Positions 1 to 13,587 of a DNA stretch of 64,000 nucleotides are shown here, piece after piece; position 1 is the first letter of the stretch, and every line of letters starts with the position of its first letter. Origin of the DNA: Hemiscyllium ocellatum (taxonomy: Eukaryota). Made by a program: the position numbers and the translations under genes. The notes beneath the pieces were generated by a model. The model worked only from the letters and a program-made list of their open reading frames with translations, was not told where the DNA came from and made no database searches. The DNA is taken from the NCBI RefSeq assembly GCF_020745735.1, contig NC_083419.1:61724135-61788134 (forward strand), given 5' to 3'.

Positions 1-1716
1 AGTTAGAACAAGGAAACGGTTTCCATAACAGTTAAAGATGGTATTGGAATGGTCTTGTATTTCCACATGCTGTAGACCCAGCTTTCTATTGATCAGTAGT
101 TCACCATTTGGTAATTTGTGACTGTCAAACCAGACAGGATAACAGAGTGACGATGCATATCGCCGCTCGTCAAAAGCAGGGCAATGTGGTGCAGTTTGAT
201 TTGGAAAAATATATGTTATTTGAGGCTAACCGAGGGATAACATGGATGCAACCTTGGCAGAATGTGAACATCTATCCACCCGCCCGGCTGAATCAGGGAT
301 GGCATATCAAGATTTGAGGCAGGGCTGGGTGGAGGATCGAGTGGTCAAAAAAATGCCTGAAGGATAAAAAAATTGGCCTTTCTCCTGGCAGTCCAAACTG
401 AGGAACAATGAACCAAGAGACGGGGAAAGGGTTATTCCTGAAGGAGGTGCCCATTGATTATTTTTCATTAGGAGGAGGGAGACTTCAATGCAGGGGTAAA
501 AAATCAAAAACTTATGTTGACTCATCTTTAAAGATGGCAAGTTGAGCTGAGAAGGCCTATTAAAATCGCATATGGGTTTCTCTGTTTTATCCGCAGAAGA
601 ATACAAAAGCAAAGGCAGTTCTTCAAAATCTTGTTAAAAGGCTGATGGGGCGTCAGCTGGAGTTGAGTGCTCCATTCTGTGGGATACGAACCTTCGAGAG
701 TACCTTGAGGAGAGAGGTATTACAATGGTCACAAGGATGATGAGGTTCGTTTCAAAATTGGAGAACTGGCATTGGTATTTTTTGTTCAAAAGAAAACAAA
801 TTCAATACAGATATTTAAATTTGCGAGGGGTTTTGTTGGTCAAGGCAGGAGAAAGCTTTCCAATTGCACATCAATCAATAACTAAAGGACATGGATGTAA
901 AGTAACTGCATAAATAATCAGAAGGGAGAAGACAATTAAGCTTCCATCACAATCAATTGCTATGACGTTAAATGTATCGCCTGAATGGGTGATGGATGTT
1001 TTCACTTTCCAAAGTGAATGGGATATGTACATTGATTGAGTTGCAGGGCTGGTGATGAAGAACAACAGGAACAGCATAAATTGCATAGCTTTTTCAAGCA
1101 GTTGCCCTCTTCCACAATAGCTCGGCCAGGCCACAGTCTCCAAACTGTTAATGCGAGGCACTGGTGGAATCTGGGATGTCTGCTGTATGGCTTTATGGAG
1201 CCAAGCCGAGACGCTCTCAAGAAACGTGCATCTGTTTACCTTTGGCTCCAAACTGTGTGAAGCTAACTGCTTTTGGGGCTGAACAGATCAAGCAGAAAAA
1301 CCGAACAAAAGGGAAATGAGAGATCAACCTGGAATTTCGGGGTCAGCGCATTCGGCTTTGGAATTTAGCAACGCCGGAGTGCTTAGAGAGGCGGGTTACT
1401 GAAGGATAACAAAACAGGACAAGAATGAAGACAAACCGGCGATCTTGTTGCAGCTATTCTATGACATTGGAATTATGACCCGTTCAAGAGCTCAGCTGAG
1501 GATTCAGGCTACCTTATAGACTTGCAACTGATTGAGAGGTCACTGCTGCTCCAAGAGGCACTTAATGACGACAAGTGACCCAAAAACAAAAATACAATCA
1601 AAAATGCTAATGGAATCGTCGCTTTAACTTAACAGAATAGAATACACAAGAGAGGAAAGCTATACACAGAGCCTTGCGCAGACCTCTCCAAAGTACTGTG
1701 TTTACACCCTACAAAA

Positions 1717-1953
1717 GGCGACTGACTGTGTGGAGTTTGCACGTTTTCCCCGTGTCTATATGGGTTTCCTCCGGGTGCTCCGGTTTCCTCCCACAGTCCA
1801 AAGATGTGCAGGTCAGGTGAATTGGCCATGCTAAATTGCCCGTAGTGTTAGGTTAGGGGTATGGGTGGGTTACGCTTCGGCAGGTCGGTGTGGACTTGTG
1901 GGGCCGAAGGGCCTGTTTCCACACTGTAATCTAATCTAAATCTAATCTAAATC
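1717..1953 (+). mobile_element. HE1-type SINE, 5'-truncated
   Basis: Core tgtggagtttgcacgttttccccgtgtc...ctaaattgccc, CR1-like 3' end gggccgaagggcctgtttccacactgt, and a (ctaat/ctaaat)n tail. Shared with many copies in the window. Confidence 0.9.
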
Positions 1954-3056
1954 TCAGCAAAGTTATACTGATGTGGGAGAGGGTGCAGTGTAGATTTATG
2001 AGATTGATTAGATGGTATGAAGTGTTAAACCACAAGAATGTTTCCTAAATCCAGCTTGTCATCGATAGAGTGAGAGAGAATGAAGGGGAATCTAATCAAA
2101 GTATTCAACTGATAAAAAGACAAGAAAAAGATATAAGAACTGTGTGCGGGAGGGATCAGGGAATGAGAAAGAGTTCCAGGTTGTGGGGGCATGGTTTTAA
2201 AATTGGAACAAGGTCCTACAGGACTGAAAGCAGGAAACACATTTTCACACAATATATAAACCAGGAATTGTACCCCTCATATAGACCTCAGAGAGGGTAT
2301 CCAACTGCGGCCAACACCACTCCATGGGTGTGGCAACCCCCTGTTTTGGTGCTGAGAGAATTGAAATTTTGAAGCTAAACTGAGATTGATTGATGGCTAG
2401 GGGATGTGCAGAAAAGGAAAGACGATGGAGCTGATCAGCTATGATTGCATCAAATGATCACAGGCTCCCCATAATTCCTTTGCCCCAAATCTCCGCTATT
2501 AGCGACTTGCAAGGCTTTGAAGGACACCAAACAACACCAGACTTGTGGAACTCCCCTCCTTTATGCTGTAGACGTAGGTGGAGATCATTTCAGCCCCTGA
2601 GCATTGTTCTGCTTTTTAATAAGATCCTGGTTGATCTTTGACCCAAGTAGATATGCCTCCCGGTCACTTCCTACTGAATCCATGCACTCAGACTGGCATT
2701 CAGTCTTTATATCAATTTGAATACTTTGATTAGATTCCCCTTCATTTGCCCATACTCCCAACGATTCACCATTGGCCTTGCAAAACAGGTGACAAAGTCA
2801 TTGTCAATCGACCCCTGCAGTTGGGCTGAAGCAGCTCCAGCAAGCCCCTCCCTTCCCCACTCCACTCCAGACCTCGGGCTGTCCACTCTCTACCCAGTCT
2901 GTACCTTTCACCGACATTGCATCGACTCATGTGAAAAGATGATGATAAAGGCTTGGCTAACCTTTCTGCCACCCTGGGACAGCTCTGTTCCTACATGTTA
3001 CTCGGAAGGGGCACGGGGTAAACACCAGGCTGTTACATGAACGATGGGTCCTTTAC

Positions 3057-3178
3057 CTGGGCATGTACAGCACCCGCTCTGCCACCACAAAGCCCACTCT
3101 GAAAAAGAGGTTGCTGGCAGGGATGAATGGGAAGACCAGGAATAGCAGGCCCACTAATACTTCTCTGTGCTTCAGTTT
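3057..3178 (-). CDS. TMTC1: TMTC1 internal exon, 122 nt: [40 protein letters not shown](S)
   Basis: Acceptor ttctctttcttccctttgcag|AAA and donor CCCAG|gtaaag. Contains the [29 protein letters not shown] signature. In frame with the 190-nt exon. Confidence 0.97.
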
Positions 3179-3377
3179 CTGCAAAGGGAAGAAAGAGAAA
3201 ACAAAAGGAGGAAATTGTCAATTCATTCACTAATTTTTAAATAGGTAATGTCAAATTTAAGAATGACACAGCACATTCAATAATTGACCTGCTCAATAAA
3301 ATAGGTTAGAGACAAAAAAAAACAGATGCTGGAAGGTAGACAAGCAGCAGTTTTCAGTCTAAGTCAGTTATTTTATC

Positions 3378-3870
3378 ACATAGAAACATTGAAGTGGGAG
3401 CAGGAGGCAGCCATTTGGCCCTCCAAGCTTGCTTTGCCATTCAATATGATCACGGTTGATCATCTAACTCAGTCCCCTGCTCCTGCTTTCCCCCTGTACC
3501 CTTCGATTCCTTTAGCCCTAAAAACTACCTTCTTGAGAACATTTCTGTGCTAGGTTCATCACTCCCTGGGTGAAGAAATTTCTCCTCAGCTCAGTCTTAA
3601 ATGGCCTATCCCATATCCCTAGACATTGACGCCTGGTTCTGGAGACCCTGGTCAATGGGAACATCCATCCTGAGAAAACTTTATAGGTTTCTATGAGAGC
3701 GATCCCCCACCGCTTCCCCGACACCCAGTCTTTGTGAATATAGTCCTAAATGATCTGATCTCTCTTCATACATCAGCCCTGACATCCCAGGAATCAGTCT
3801 GGTAAACTTCTGTTGCACTTCCTCCATAGACAGAACATCCTTCCTCAGACAAGGACAGCAACACTACAAA
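3378..3870 (-). mobile_element. CR1 LINE 3' fragment, degraded
   Basis: The minus-strand ORF gives LIETYK...FKTELRRNFFTQGVMNL, the CR1 ORF2 C-terminus, followed by a CR1-type 3' UTR. Confidence 0.8.
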
Positions 3871-4648
3871 TGATAAGATATACGTATTACCTCCTCTGTT
3901 GGGTCACTGCAGGTCATGAATGAGGCCTCAACTTTAATTGGTTCATCTCAATAATGGCAGCTCAGGCAATGCAGCATTCCTTCAATCCTGCTCTCAAGTG
4001 TTATCTTAAATGACACGCTCAAATATCTAGTAACTGAGGCCAGCATCGTCAAGGCTAACAAAGCTTTGATTTGAGGAAAAGGAAAACACCCTTGTCCCTG
4101 ACCAAGACAGCACTGAGCAATGTAACTTGGTTTCTAAAGGTTTAGCTTCCAGTCTAACTGTAATGTACAAATGTATACTCCTGTCAGAAACATATCGACG
4201 GAACAGACTCTTCACATTACCAATGTATTGTTTTATCTGAGTAGAAATTGAACGTAAATCAAGGCAATTTGGGAAAAGTGGTGAAGGATGAATTATACCC
4301 TGGTGAGGAGTCTACATTTCCAATGGAGAGGAGAATTAGGGTAAGGGAATGATTTAACATCTGTAACTTATTTATTTAAAGCAACACAGATGTAAGAGTT
4401 GAATATAAGGATTACTAGTCAGTCCCACAGTCTATCACTACAGTTTCACGACTGCAATCTAAGCATTGAAGCCTTTACACCCACCTTGAAAAAAAAATTA
4501 ACTTTTATTGAAGCTTTCTTCCAGTCAAGAAATTAATTTTTCTTTTATGGTGTAGGGTATTGCTGACATTGCCAGCAATTGTTACCCTTCCTAATTGGCA
4601 CTGAACAGAGTGGCTTGCTTGGCCATTTTAGAGGGCACCTGATATATA

Positions 4649-4798
4649 CAGGGCAACCTCAATTATCGAGTTACACGGGTGGGGAGTATTTTGGTCGGAT
4701 AATTGAATGTTTGGATCACAGTTTACTCAAGCATCGGGGCCTTGAGATCTTGTTTGAATAATCCAAAATTTGGAAAATCGATGAGCAAGGTTCTATTG
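4649..4798. mobile_element. Probable Tc1/mariner (Tigger/pogo-like) MITE
   Basis: Flanked by TA on both sides. Imperfect terminal inverted repeats CAGGGCAACCTCAATTATC and (reverse complement) CAATAGAACCTTGCTCATC. Confidence 0.5.
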
Positions 4799-5332
4799 TA
4801 ATCATATTGCTGTGGATTTAGGCCAGAACAGATCAGGCTGGACTTGTTGTGCCAAAGGACCTGTTTCCACACTGTAGAGAATCTAATCTAATCTTATTTC
4901 CAGATTAATGACATTGGACAACACTGACACTAGCGTTGTATTACAGGCTTTATTGATCAACTTTAAATTCCACCAGCTGTAGTGATGGGATTTGAACCCA
5001 TGCTGTCAGCTTATTAACCTGCTACTAGTGATTAGTCCACTGGCATTACCCTTATACAACCATCTCGCCCAAGCAGTCAGTTGGTGCATAGATTATCCAG
5101 CACAGAGAATTAAAATCCAATCAAGTTTCCTACAACGCTAACACTTGAGAAAGTAAGTCTACCTCGTAAGATCAGGCTCATAAGATCCCAGAGAAGGCAG
5201 GGGTCCTTGCATTGCTGCAAGCAGTTTAATGGTCACTAAGGTGTGGTAATATTGTAGTCAGGTTGTGCAACTCCAGAGAGAGTGAGAATTCAAATTGTAC
5301 AGTTTGATTTCAATCTCAGCAACAGTGATCAT

Positions 5333-5975
5333 GGGGGCAGTACGGTGGCTCAGTGGTTAGCACTGCTGCCTCACAGCACCAGGGACCTGGGTTCAATTCC
5401 AGCCTTGGGTGACTGTCTGTGTGGAGTTTGTACATTATCCACGCGTCTGCGTGGGTTTCGTCCGGGTGCTCCAGTTTCCTCCCACTGTCCAAAGATGTGC
5501 AGATTGGGTATGCTAAATTGCCCATAGTGTCCAGGGACGTGAAAGCTAAGTGGGTTAGCCATGGAACATAGAACAATACAGCATAGTACAGGCCCTTCCA
5601 CCCTTGGTGTGAAACCAATCTGAAGTCCATCTAACCTGCATTATTCCATGACCATCCACATATTTATCTAATGACCATTTCAATGCCCTTCAAATTGGAG
5701 AGTCTACTACTGTTGAAGGTAGGGCATTCCACGCCTTTACTACTCTCCGATACCACCTCTGACATCTGTCCTATATCTATCACACCTCAGTTTAAAGCTA
5801 TGTCCCCTTGTGTAAGCCTTCACCATCAGAGGAAAAAGGCTCTCACTATCCACCCTATCTGGTTATGGGGATAGGGTGAGGGGAGCTGGGCCTTGGTGGA
5901 ATGTTCTTCAGAGGGTTGGTGCAGACTCAATGGACCGAATGGCCTATTTCTGCACTGTAGGGATTCTATGATTCT
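5333..5975 (+). mobile_element. HE1-type SINE interrupted by a minus-strand CR1 3' fragment (~5565-5860)
   Basis: tRNA-like head ggcagtacggtggctcagtggttagcactgctgcc with B-box-like gggttcaattcc. The SINE tail resumes at ~5861 and ends gggattctatgattct. Confidence 0.85.
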
Positions 5976-7928
5976 GTCGCTCAATACAGCTAGCAGGGGT
6001 GATTGGTGCGCAGGGGTTATAGATGAATAGGATTTGATTCAAGTGACTCCACTACATTGGTGTAAGAAAGCATCACCTTCTGAGGACCAACTAGAGCAAG
6101 TCAATAAAGGTCAGCCCTGGCTGTGACACCACATTCCCAAAATCCTTCCTTGGCTGTTTTTAAACAAAACTTCAGATTACACCAGGTTCAGTTTCTGGAT
6201 TTAGACATTTCAGTTGACTCCAGAACTAGGAATCTCAGTCAAAGGATGCAGGGTAAGCCATTTGTGACTGAAATGAGGGGAAATTTCTTCAGAGTGTGGT
6301 GAGTGTGTGGAATCCTCTGCTGCAGACAGCAGTTCGGATCAAAAGAATTGAATGATTTCAACGAGATAGATATAATTCTCAGGGTGAGAGGGATCAAAGG
6401 GTGTGAGGTGAAAGAGGAAACAGGATACTTAATCGGATGATCGTATCGAATGCTGGAGCATACACAAAGGGCTGAATAGCTGACTTCACTTATTTTCTAT
6501 GTTTCTAACTAACTCACTGTTCAGGACATTCCAAACAGAGAAATCAGATTGTTTTTCAGGATTTTTTTTTAATTCACATCTATTTTTCACATCGTGCTAA
6601 GAATTGAAGGGGATTAATTTAAGATGGTCACCAAAAAAACACAGGGGAGAGGGTCAGAGAGTTTATTTTTGAGATTCTGCAGGAGAAGCTAGTCAGCCAG
6701 ATCAGAAACCAGAGGAGGGGAGCAGAGAAACACTTGAAGATTGTACATCGGGCTCGAGGAGCGAGTTGGAGATTGAGTAGACAGTTCTCTCTCTAAATAA
6801 CCCCCTTTTGTGTTGTCAGACATTAATGATTCTGTGTACAAGATCCAGTTGCACTGCTGTGCACATTCCAAGCCAGTGCAATAAGAAATCATCGTCATGG
6901 AGCCTGCTTTCACTGAACAGTAGCAATAAATGTCTCGAGGTTAAAGGCATTTCTGTTTGCTGGATATCTATTTTCAAGTTAAAACCTCTTCCTAGAACAC
7001 TGCTCCACCAAACATAGTTGGGCTTGATGACAGTTCCATCAGTCACTTTTATTGGCGGTCTGCTTGGCAATATGATCTTCAGGTTCAATTAAACCAGACT
7101 TGGCAATTTGCTTAGCTTACTGATGGAGGTTACAGTGTTCTTGTCGTGAATGATGCAGGCATGGCACCCAGTAACTGGCTGTTATTACAGAGGCAGTACA
7201 AAGCCACACACCGAACTTTGAAGATTGGATTTCAGATCTGCAGATCTGTTATTGATATTTGTGGTCCAGCTCTAGATGATTTAAGGTGTACGCCACCACA
7301 ATCCATCGTTCAGAGGCCTTTGTCCACAATCAATTAAACCAACAGTAGGGGAAGTGGTGAGCAGTTTGATTTACAAACAGATACTGCATTAAAAAGAGAC
7401 ACTTCAGCTTTCACCGCAAAGCTATATTTCAAACATCAGTGGCATTTACTGAAAGAACAGTGATTCTTGACAATGAAAGGATTGTTTGCTTCACTTTGGT
7501 CTAATCGATCTGCACTACTGGCTTTTTATTTCCACCCTCCCTGGGATATTGTTTCTAAAGTAGCTTCGGTAGCTTATTCAGACGCCTCTTTTGTCCATTC
7601 TTGCACCTCCCTGGGATGTGGGCAGTGATGGAATCCATCTTAAATCTGCCACAGTTGGCCCAAAGTAGGTCCACGATGGGACCGGAGGGAATGTAGAAAC
7701 AGAGGCATCACTCACCAATGGGAAATCTCCCCCACAAAATCATCACCTGCAGGATCTACCTGGCTCGACCAGACAGCTGAGCTCAATCTGCAGATTGGGA
7801 TGAATGGGTACTTCACTGGAGTTGGAGTGACAGGGTAGGCTGCACTGGGGAACAAGCCCTGTAGGTGACTCTGATCGGTGGGACTCGGCTGTGACTGCCA
7901 CTTATTGAACAAAATAAACCGGCTTCTC

Positions 7929-9728
7929 AAGAACAAAAGGGTAACTAGGGAGAGAATAGGGCCGCTCAAAAGTCAGCAAGGCGGCCCTTGCGTGGAGCCA
8001 CAGAAAATGGGGGAGATACTAAATGAATATTTGGCATCAGTATTTACTGTGGAAAAAGATATGGAAGATATAGACTGTAGGGAAATAGATGGTGACATCT
8101 TGCAAAATGTCCAGATTACAGAGGAGGAAGTGCTGGATGTTTTGAAACGGTTAAAGGTGAATAAATCCCCAGGACCTGATCAGGTGTACCCAAGAACTCT
8201 GTGGGAAGCTAGAGAAGTGATTGCTGGGCCTCTTGCTGAGATATTTGTATCATTGATAGTCACAGGTGAGGTGCCGGAAGTCTGAAGGTTGGCAAATGTG
8301 GTGCCACTGTTTAAGAAGGGTGGTAAAGACAAGCCAGGGAACTATAGATCAGTGAACCTGACCTTGGTGGTGGGCAAGTTGTTGGAGTACATCCTGTTCC
8401 TCAGGATTCCCATGTATTTGGAGAGGCAAGGACTGATTTGGGATAGTCAACATGGCTTGGTGCGTGGGAAATCTGTCTCACAAATTTGATTGAGTTTTTT
8501 GAAGAAGTAACAAAGACGATTGATGAGGGCACAGTGGTAGATGTGATCTATATGAGCTTCAGTAAGGCATTCGACAAGGTTCCCCATGGGAGATTGATTA
8601 GCAAGGTTAGATCTCACAGAATACAGGGAGAACTAGCCATTTGGATACAGAACTGGCTCAAAGGTAGAAGACAGAGGGTGGTGGTAGAGGGTTGTTTTTC
8701 AGACTGGAGGCCTGTGACCAGTGGAATGCCACAAGGATCGGTGCTGGGTCCTCTACTTTTCGTCATTTATATAAATGATTTGGATGCGAGCATAAGAGGT
8801 AAAGTTAGTAAGTTTGCAGATGACACCAAAATTGGAGGTGTACTGGACAGTGAAGAAGGTTACCTCAGATTACAACAGGATCTTGATCAGATGGGCCAAT
8901 GGGCTGAGAAGTGGCAGATGGAGTTTAATTCAGATAAATGCGAGGTGTGCATTTTGGGAAAACAAATCTTAGCAGGACTTATACACTTAATGGTAAGGTC
9001 CTGGGGAGTGTTGGTGAACAAAGAGACCTTGGAGTGCAAGTTCATAGCTCCTTGAAAGTGGAGTAGCAGTTAGATAGGATAGTGAAGAAGGTGTTTGATA
9101 TGCTTTCCTTTATTGGTCAGAATATTGAGTACAGGAGTTGGGAAGTCATGTTGCGGCTGTACAGGACATTGGTTAGGCCACTGTTGGAATGCATGTGTGC
9201 AATTCTGGTCTCCTTCCTATTGGAAAGATGTGAAACTTGAAAGGGTTCAGTAAACATTTGCAAGGATGTTGCCAGGGTTGGAGGATTTGAGATATAGGGA
9301 GAGGCTGAACAGGCTGGGCCTGTTTTCCCTGGAGCGTCAAAGGCTAAGGGGTGACCTTATAGAGGTTTACAAAATTATGAGGGGCATGGATAGGATAAAT
9401 AGACAAAGTCTTTTCCCTGGGGTCGGGGAGTCCAGAACTAGAGGTCATAGGTTTAGGGTGAGAGGGGAAAGATATAAAAGAGACCTAAGGGGCAACTTTT
9501 TCACACAGAGGGTGGTACGTGTATGGAATGAGCTGCCAGAGGATGTGGTGGAGGCTGGTACAATTGCAACATTTATGAGGCATTTGGATGGGTATATGAA
9601 TAGAAAGGGTTTGGAGGGATATGGGCCGGGTGCTGGCAGGTGGGACTAGATTGGGTTGGGATATCTGGTCGGCATGGACGAGTTGGACCGAAGGGTCTGT
9701 TTCCATGCTGTACATCTCTATGACTCTA
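7929..9728 (+). mobile_element. CR1 (HER1-like) LINE, 5'-truncated ~1.8 kb, ORF2 reverse transcriptase broken by stops and frameshifts
   Basis: ORFs contain KSPGPDQ, FSKAFDKVPH, GMPQGSVLGPLLF, FADDTK and LRGDLIEVYKIM. 3' UTR ends ctgtacatctctatgactcta. Confidence 0.97.
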
Positions 9729-10439
9729 AGATGAAGGTGTCCCAGCTTTCCTTTGCCACACTGGCCGCCACCCTTCCAAGTTTGCAGGCTGTCCATCAGC
9801 CCATCCTAACCAGTCAGTCATTAGACTCAGACATGAGTTCAGTCATTCTAGAAGAATGATCTCCCAGGCAGGTACGCCGATAATGGAGTGGAGTCAGAAA
9901 TGGTCCCAACTTGCATTCATACGTCAGGAGTGTAAGGACAGCAAGGAGAGATGCATGCAGAATTACACGGTGAGAGAAAGAGAGGGGCAAAAAAAAAAGA
10001 GAGATGTATAGCTATAAAAATAAAGGGAGAAGCGGAGACAGTAAAAAGAATACATACAGAAATAGTGACAGACTGACCAAAGTCGAGAGAGAGAATGGCA
10101 GACAGAATAAATTGCCACTGAACTGAACAGAGATTATAGCGCCAAGCTGTCCAGGGTTTTTATGTTGGAAGGTTGAGATTGCTATTGCCTTTTGCCATTT
10201 GAATCGTACTGCGCTTGAAGGAAGCAGGTCAACAAGCATGAGCTGATTCCTTGCTCTCAGCTTTACTGCCAGCAAGTAGCACAAACCACTTATTCCCAAA
10301 GGAGGAGAGATGAGGTGTCACTCTATACCAATCTCAACATACTGCCTGACTGCTTGACTACAGCTACGAAGATGGCTGTGTATGGTTATGACTCAGTCAG
10401 GATTATTAACAGACTGAAATTAGTAGAAACATAAAGAAA

Positions 10440-10570
10440 TAAAAGAAACAAAGAACTGCGGGGATGCTGGAAATCAGAAACAGAAATTGCTGGGAAAAGC
10501 GCAGCTGTCTGGCAGCACCTATCGACAGAGAGCAGAGTCAATGTTCTGAGTCCAGTGACACTTATTCAGA
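10440..10570 (-). mobile_element. Short PLE-derived terminal-repeat fragment with degenerate hammerhead motif
   Basis: The reverse complement reads tctgaataagtgtcactggactcagaacattgactct... followed by the shared tgctgccagacagctgcgcttttcccagcaatttctg tail. Confidence 0.65.
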
Positions 10571-10679
10571 GGTAATTACTTCCCTCGTACTCAAGACCAC
10601 CTTGTCCATAATGAAGATCGTTGTAAATTGGGAGGTGTCCACTATTTTTCAGTACGCTAACTGGCAGTGATGTATAAGA

Positions 10680-11005
10680 CAAAAAAAAACTGCAGATGCT
10701 GGAATCCAAGGTAGACAGACAGGAGGCTGGAAGAATGCTGCAAGTCAGGCTGCATCAGGAGGTGGAGAAGTCGACATTTTGGGTGTAACCCTTCTCAAGG
10801 ATTGCGAGTGGGTGTGGAAGGAGCAGCAGATAAAGGGTGGGGGTGCTTGGGATGGTGAAGTGGGGAGAGGTGAAGACAGGTGCAGGGTACGACCTGGTTG
10901 GTCAATGGGAGGAACAAATTCGGTTGATGGCTGGAAGGAAGGGTGGATGAGAGGAATGGAAGGGAGGGGGAGAGGCCCGGGAAAGGAGTCAGGGGATGGG
11001 AGGGG
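10680..11005 (-). mobile_element. PLE terminal repeat (pLTR-like) fragment
   Basis: Reverse-complement similarity to the 3' end of the PLE at 12540-12857. Degenerate hammerhead ccttgagaagggttacacccaaaatgtcgac. Confidence 0.75.
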
Positions 11006-12069
11006 AGTATGGTATAAGGCAGGATTTAGCTCAGTTGCAACATGCTGCTTGTCAATATTTAATATCAAATTTCACAACAACAATTTGAATTTTATAGTCT
11101 TAGAATGCTAAAATCTAGAGATTGCCTGAGCAGGTTTCAATACAGGTCGGCCAGCAGCAGGGGTCTGGATGAACCAGGCTAATTGAGGTTCCTCTGTATT
11201 AAAGAGGTGGAACTAGAGGCATTGGAGACACGTTTGGAAGTTCAGGTCAAATCAGATCCTGAAATGTCAGAGTCTGGCTCAGCCTAATGTATGGAAAGAG
11301 CTTGTGGAACCATATCAAAGAAATCATTCGATGCTTTGAAGAGGGGGAGACACGGAGATAAAAAAAACGAAGGATTTACTTTGTTCTTCAACTCAAGCTC
11401 AATATCATTCAGAACTCAGTATCATGATCTATCTTCCAAAGCATAATGGGTATTTACAATGATCCTGAACCAGTGCAATAAGAACATCTATTAGCTCAAG
11501 TTCCGTGTTAAAGCTGCACATTTGCATTGTACACCAGCAGCTGACGAGACAGTAATTGTATGCCAACAGAATTAGAAAGCCTGCAGGTTACCCATCCCCA
11601 ATCATTGTTTCCTTATCCACTTAATGCGAGGCTTGTTACCAAATTACGTTTCTCATGCAAGCTCATCTGCTATCGCACTGTGAACGCTCCTCACTTTGTC
11701 CTTAGTTAATTATTTAGTCACTCATGGAAAAGTTTAGCAGCACTGGTCTTTGATGTGGATTGAAATATATCAGGAGAGCTGAGGAAATGCTGTTATAAAA
11801 GCTGCAGTGGCAGTCTTCCATCTCCCAAGACGATAGTGTGCAAATTGGCAGCGAGCTCTACAATAAACATTGCCTGGCATGGCAGACTCTGTCTACACTT
11901 GCTGCAGACGCTGACAGTGAAGAAGGCAGCAGACAAGCTGCTAAAATAAAATAGTTGCCACATTCCAGCATTCCATATATTCTAACACATTCAGTGTCAA
12001 CAGTCATTACTGCTAGACAACAACATCATTGTTCTTCTTCTGGTAAAGTCAGTAGGTTGTAGCTGATAC

Positions 12070-12857
12070 ATCCATTCCCTCCACAACTCCCTTGTCAGGT
12101 CCAGGCCCCCCAACAGCCCATACCCCACTCCAGGAACCTGCAAAACCACTGCAGGAAGTGCAAAACCTGCATCCACATCACTCCCCTCACCTCCATCCAA
12201 GGCCCCAGGGATCCTTCCTCATTTGTCAGAAATTTACCTGTAACCTCTACCAATGGCATTTCCTGCATCCGACGCACCCGGTGCGGTCCCCTCTACATCG
12301 GGGAGACAGGGCACCTTCTTAGGGATCGTTTCAGAGAACACCTCTAGGACACCCGCACCCACCAACCCAACTGCCCCGTGGCTGAACACTTCAAATCCCC
12401 CTCCCGCTCCGTCAAGGACATGTGCGCCCTGGGCATCCTCCACCGCCAAGCCGTTACCACGCGATGCCTGGAGGAAGAACACTTCATATTCCGCCTTGGG
12501 ACCCTGTAACCACAAGGGATAAATGTGGATTTCAATAGCTTCCTCATTTCCCCTCCCACCACATTCTCACAGTCCCAAGCCTCCAACTTGGCCCCACCCT
12601 CCAGACCTTTCCATCACTTCCCCTTCTGACCTATCACCTTCTCCCTCACCTTTGTCCACCTATCGCTTTTTCAGTTACCCACCCCACCACCTCCATTTAT
12701 CTCTCAGCCCTGACCCACAAGCCTCATTCCTGATGAAGGGCTAATGCCCAAAACGTCAATTCTCCTGTTCCTCAGATGCTGCCTGACCTGCTGTGCTTTT
12801 GCAGCAACACACTCTCGACTCTGATCTCTAGCATCTGCAGGCCTCACTTTCTCCTAG
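12070..12857 (+). mobile_element. Penelope-like retroelement (Neptune-type), 5'-truncated: GIY-YIG endonuclease remnant plus 3' terminal repeat
   Basis: Translates to HCRKCKTC...GISCIRRTRCGPLYIGETGHLLRDRFREHL*...VAEHF...RCLEEEHFIFRLGTL*PQGINVDF. Hammerhead-like ctgatgaagggctaatgcccaaaacgtc at 12730-12757 has GAAA mutated to AAAA. Confidence 0.9.
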
Positions 12858-13587
12858 TCTGCATCAAGGGGACAAGTTTCTTCCTGCCTCCCCTATCTAT
12901 GTCCCTCAATCTTAAACATGTCAGTCATGACCTGTCTGTCTTATTTCCCATCATTGCAACAGTCGCATTTTATTAAGCTTTTGAATGCCTGGAGAACACC
13001 TGGAGCTGACTTGAGGTTGTGAAAGGAGCTATATAAATGCAAATGCTGTCTTTTAAATTTTCTGATCTCTCAGTTAAGGTTCCTGTTTAAGAAACAGCAA
13101 AATAGCTGGGTTACTGGTAGGAGCCCCATCATTAAACTTAAAAAGAGCTATTTCACTCCAGACAGGGGACTGAAGAGGATAAATCATGAAAAAACCTCTG
13201 TCTAATTGTGACAAAATAAATAGCACAGCACACAGTCAAATGACACTGCTGACATGAACATCAATCATTTAAATGTTATAAAGCATTTGCATTTGTATAG
13301 CAGCTTTAACACAAAAAAAACCATGAAACACGTCATGGAGAGCAAAATAAAGTTCAGATTAAATGGATATGGAGCCAGAGGATGAGAGATCAGGATCATC
13401 AACCAAATGCTTGGCAAAGTGGGTGGAGAGGCTTTGAATTTTACAGAGGAGGAGAGTTAAAGAGGTTTTGGGAGTGAACTGTGAGCATATGGGTCAAGAG
13501 TTGAAGACTGAGCCACCAAAGGGGCAGAATCCAATATAGGTCAGTGAGGGTTTGAGGAATGGGTGAGTAGAACATGGCAAGGGACAT

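Noticed and set aside
1-3056. Next downstream TMTC1 exon (expected MGYCIL... segment)
   Set aside because: No matching peptide found by eye, so it probably lies outside the window. Likewise no upstream ...KETGITV... exon was found in 31875-64000.
5333-5410. tRNA genes at SINE heads (also 22731, 42583, 43329)
   Set aside because: A/B-box-like motifs run straight into SINE core sequence; these are tRNA-derived SINE heads rather than tRNA genes.
6816-7088. 90-aa minus-strand ORF with an HDDDF acidic motif
   Set aside because: No recognisable transposase or host-protein match and no supporting splice sites.
7878-9649. Reverse-transcriptase ORFs as an active gene, retron or novel RT system (also 15835-17301 and 51980-53333)
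   Set aside because: These are 5'-truncated CR1 ORF2 copies with stops and frameshifts; no intact autonomous element is present.
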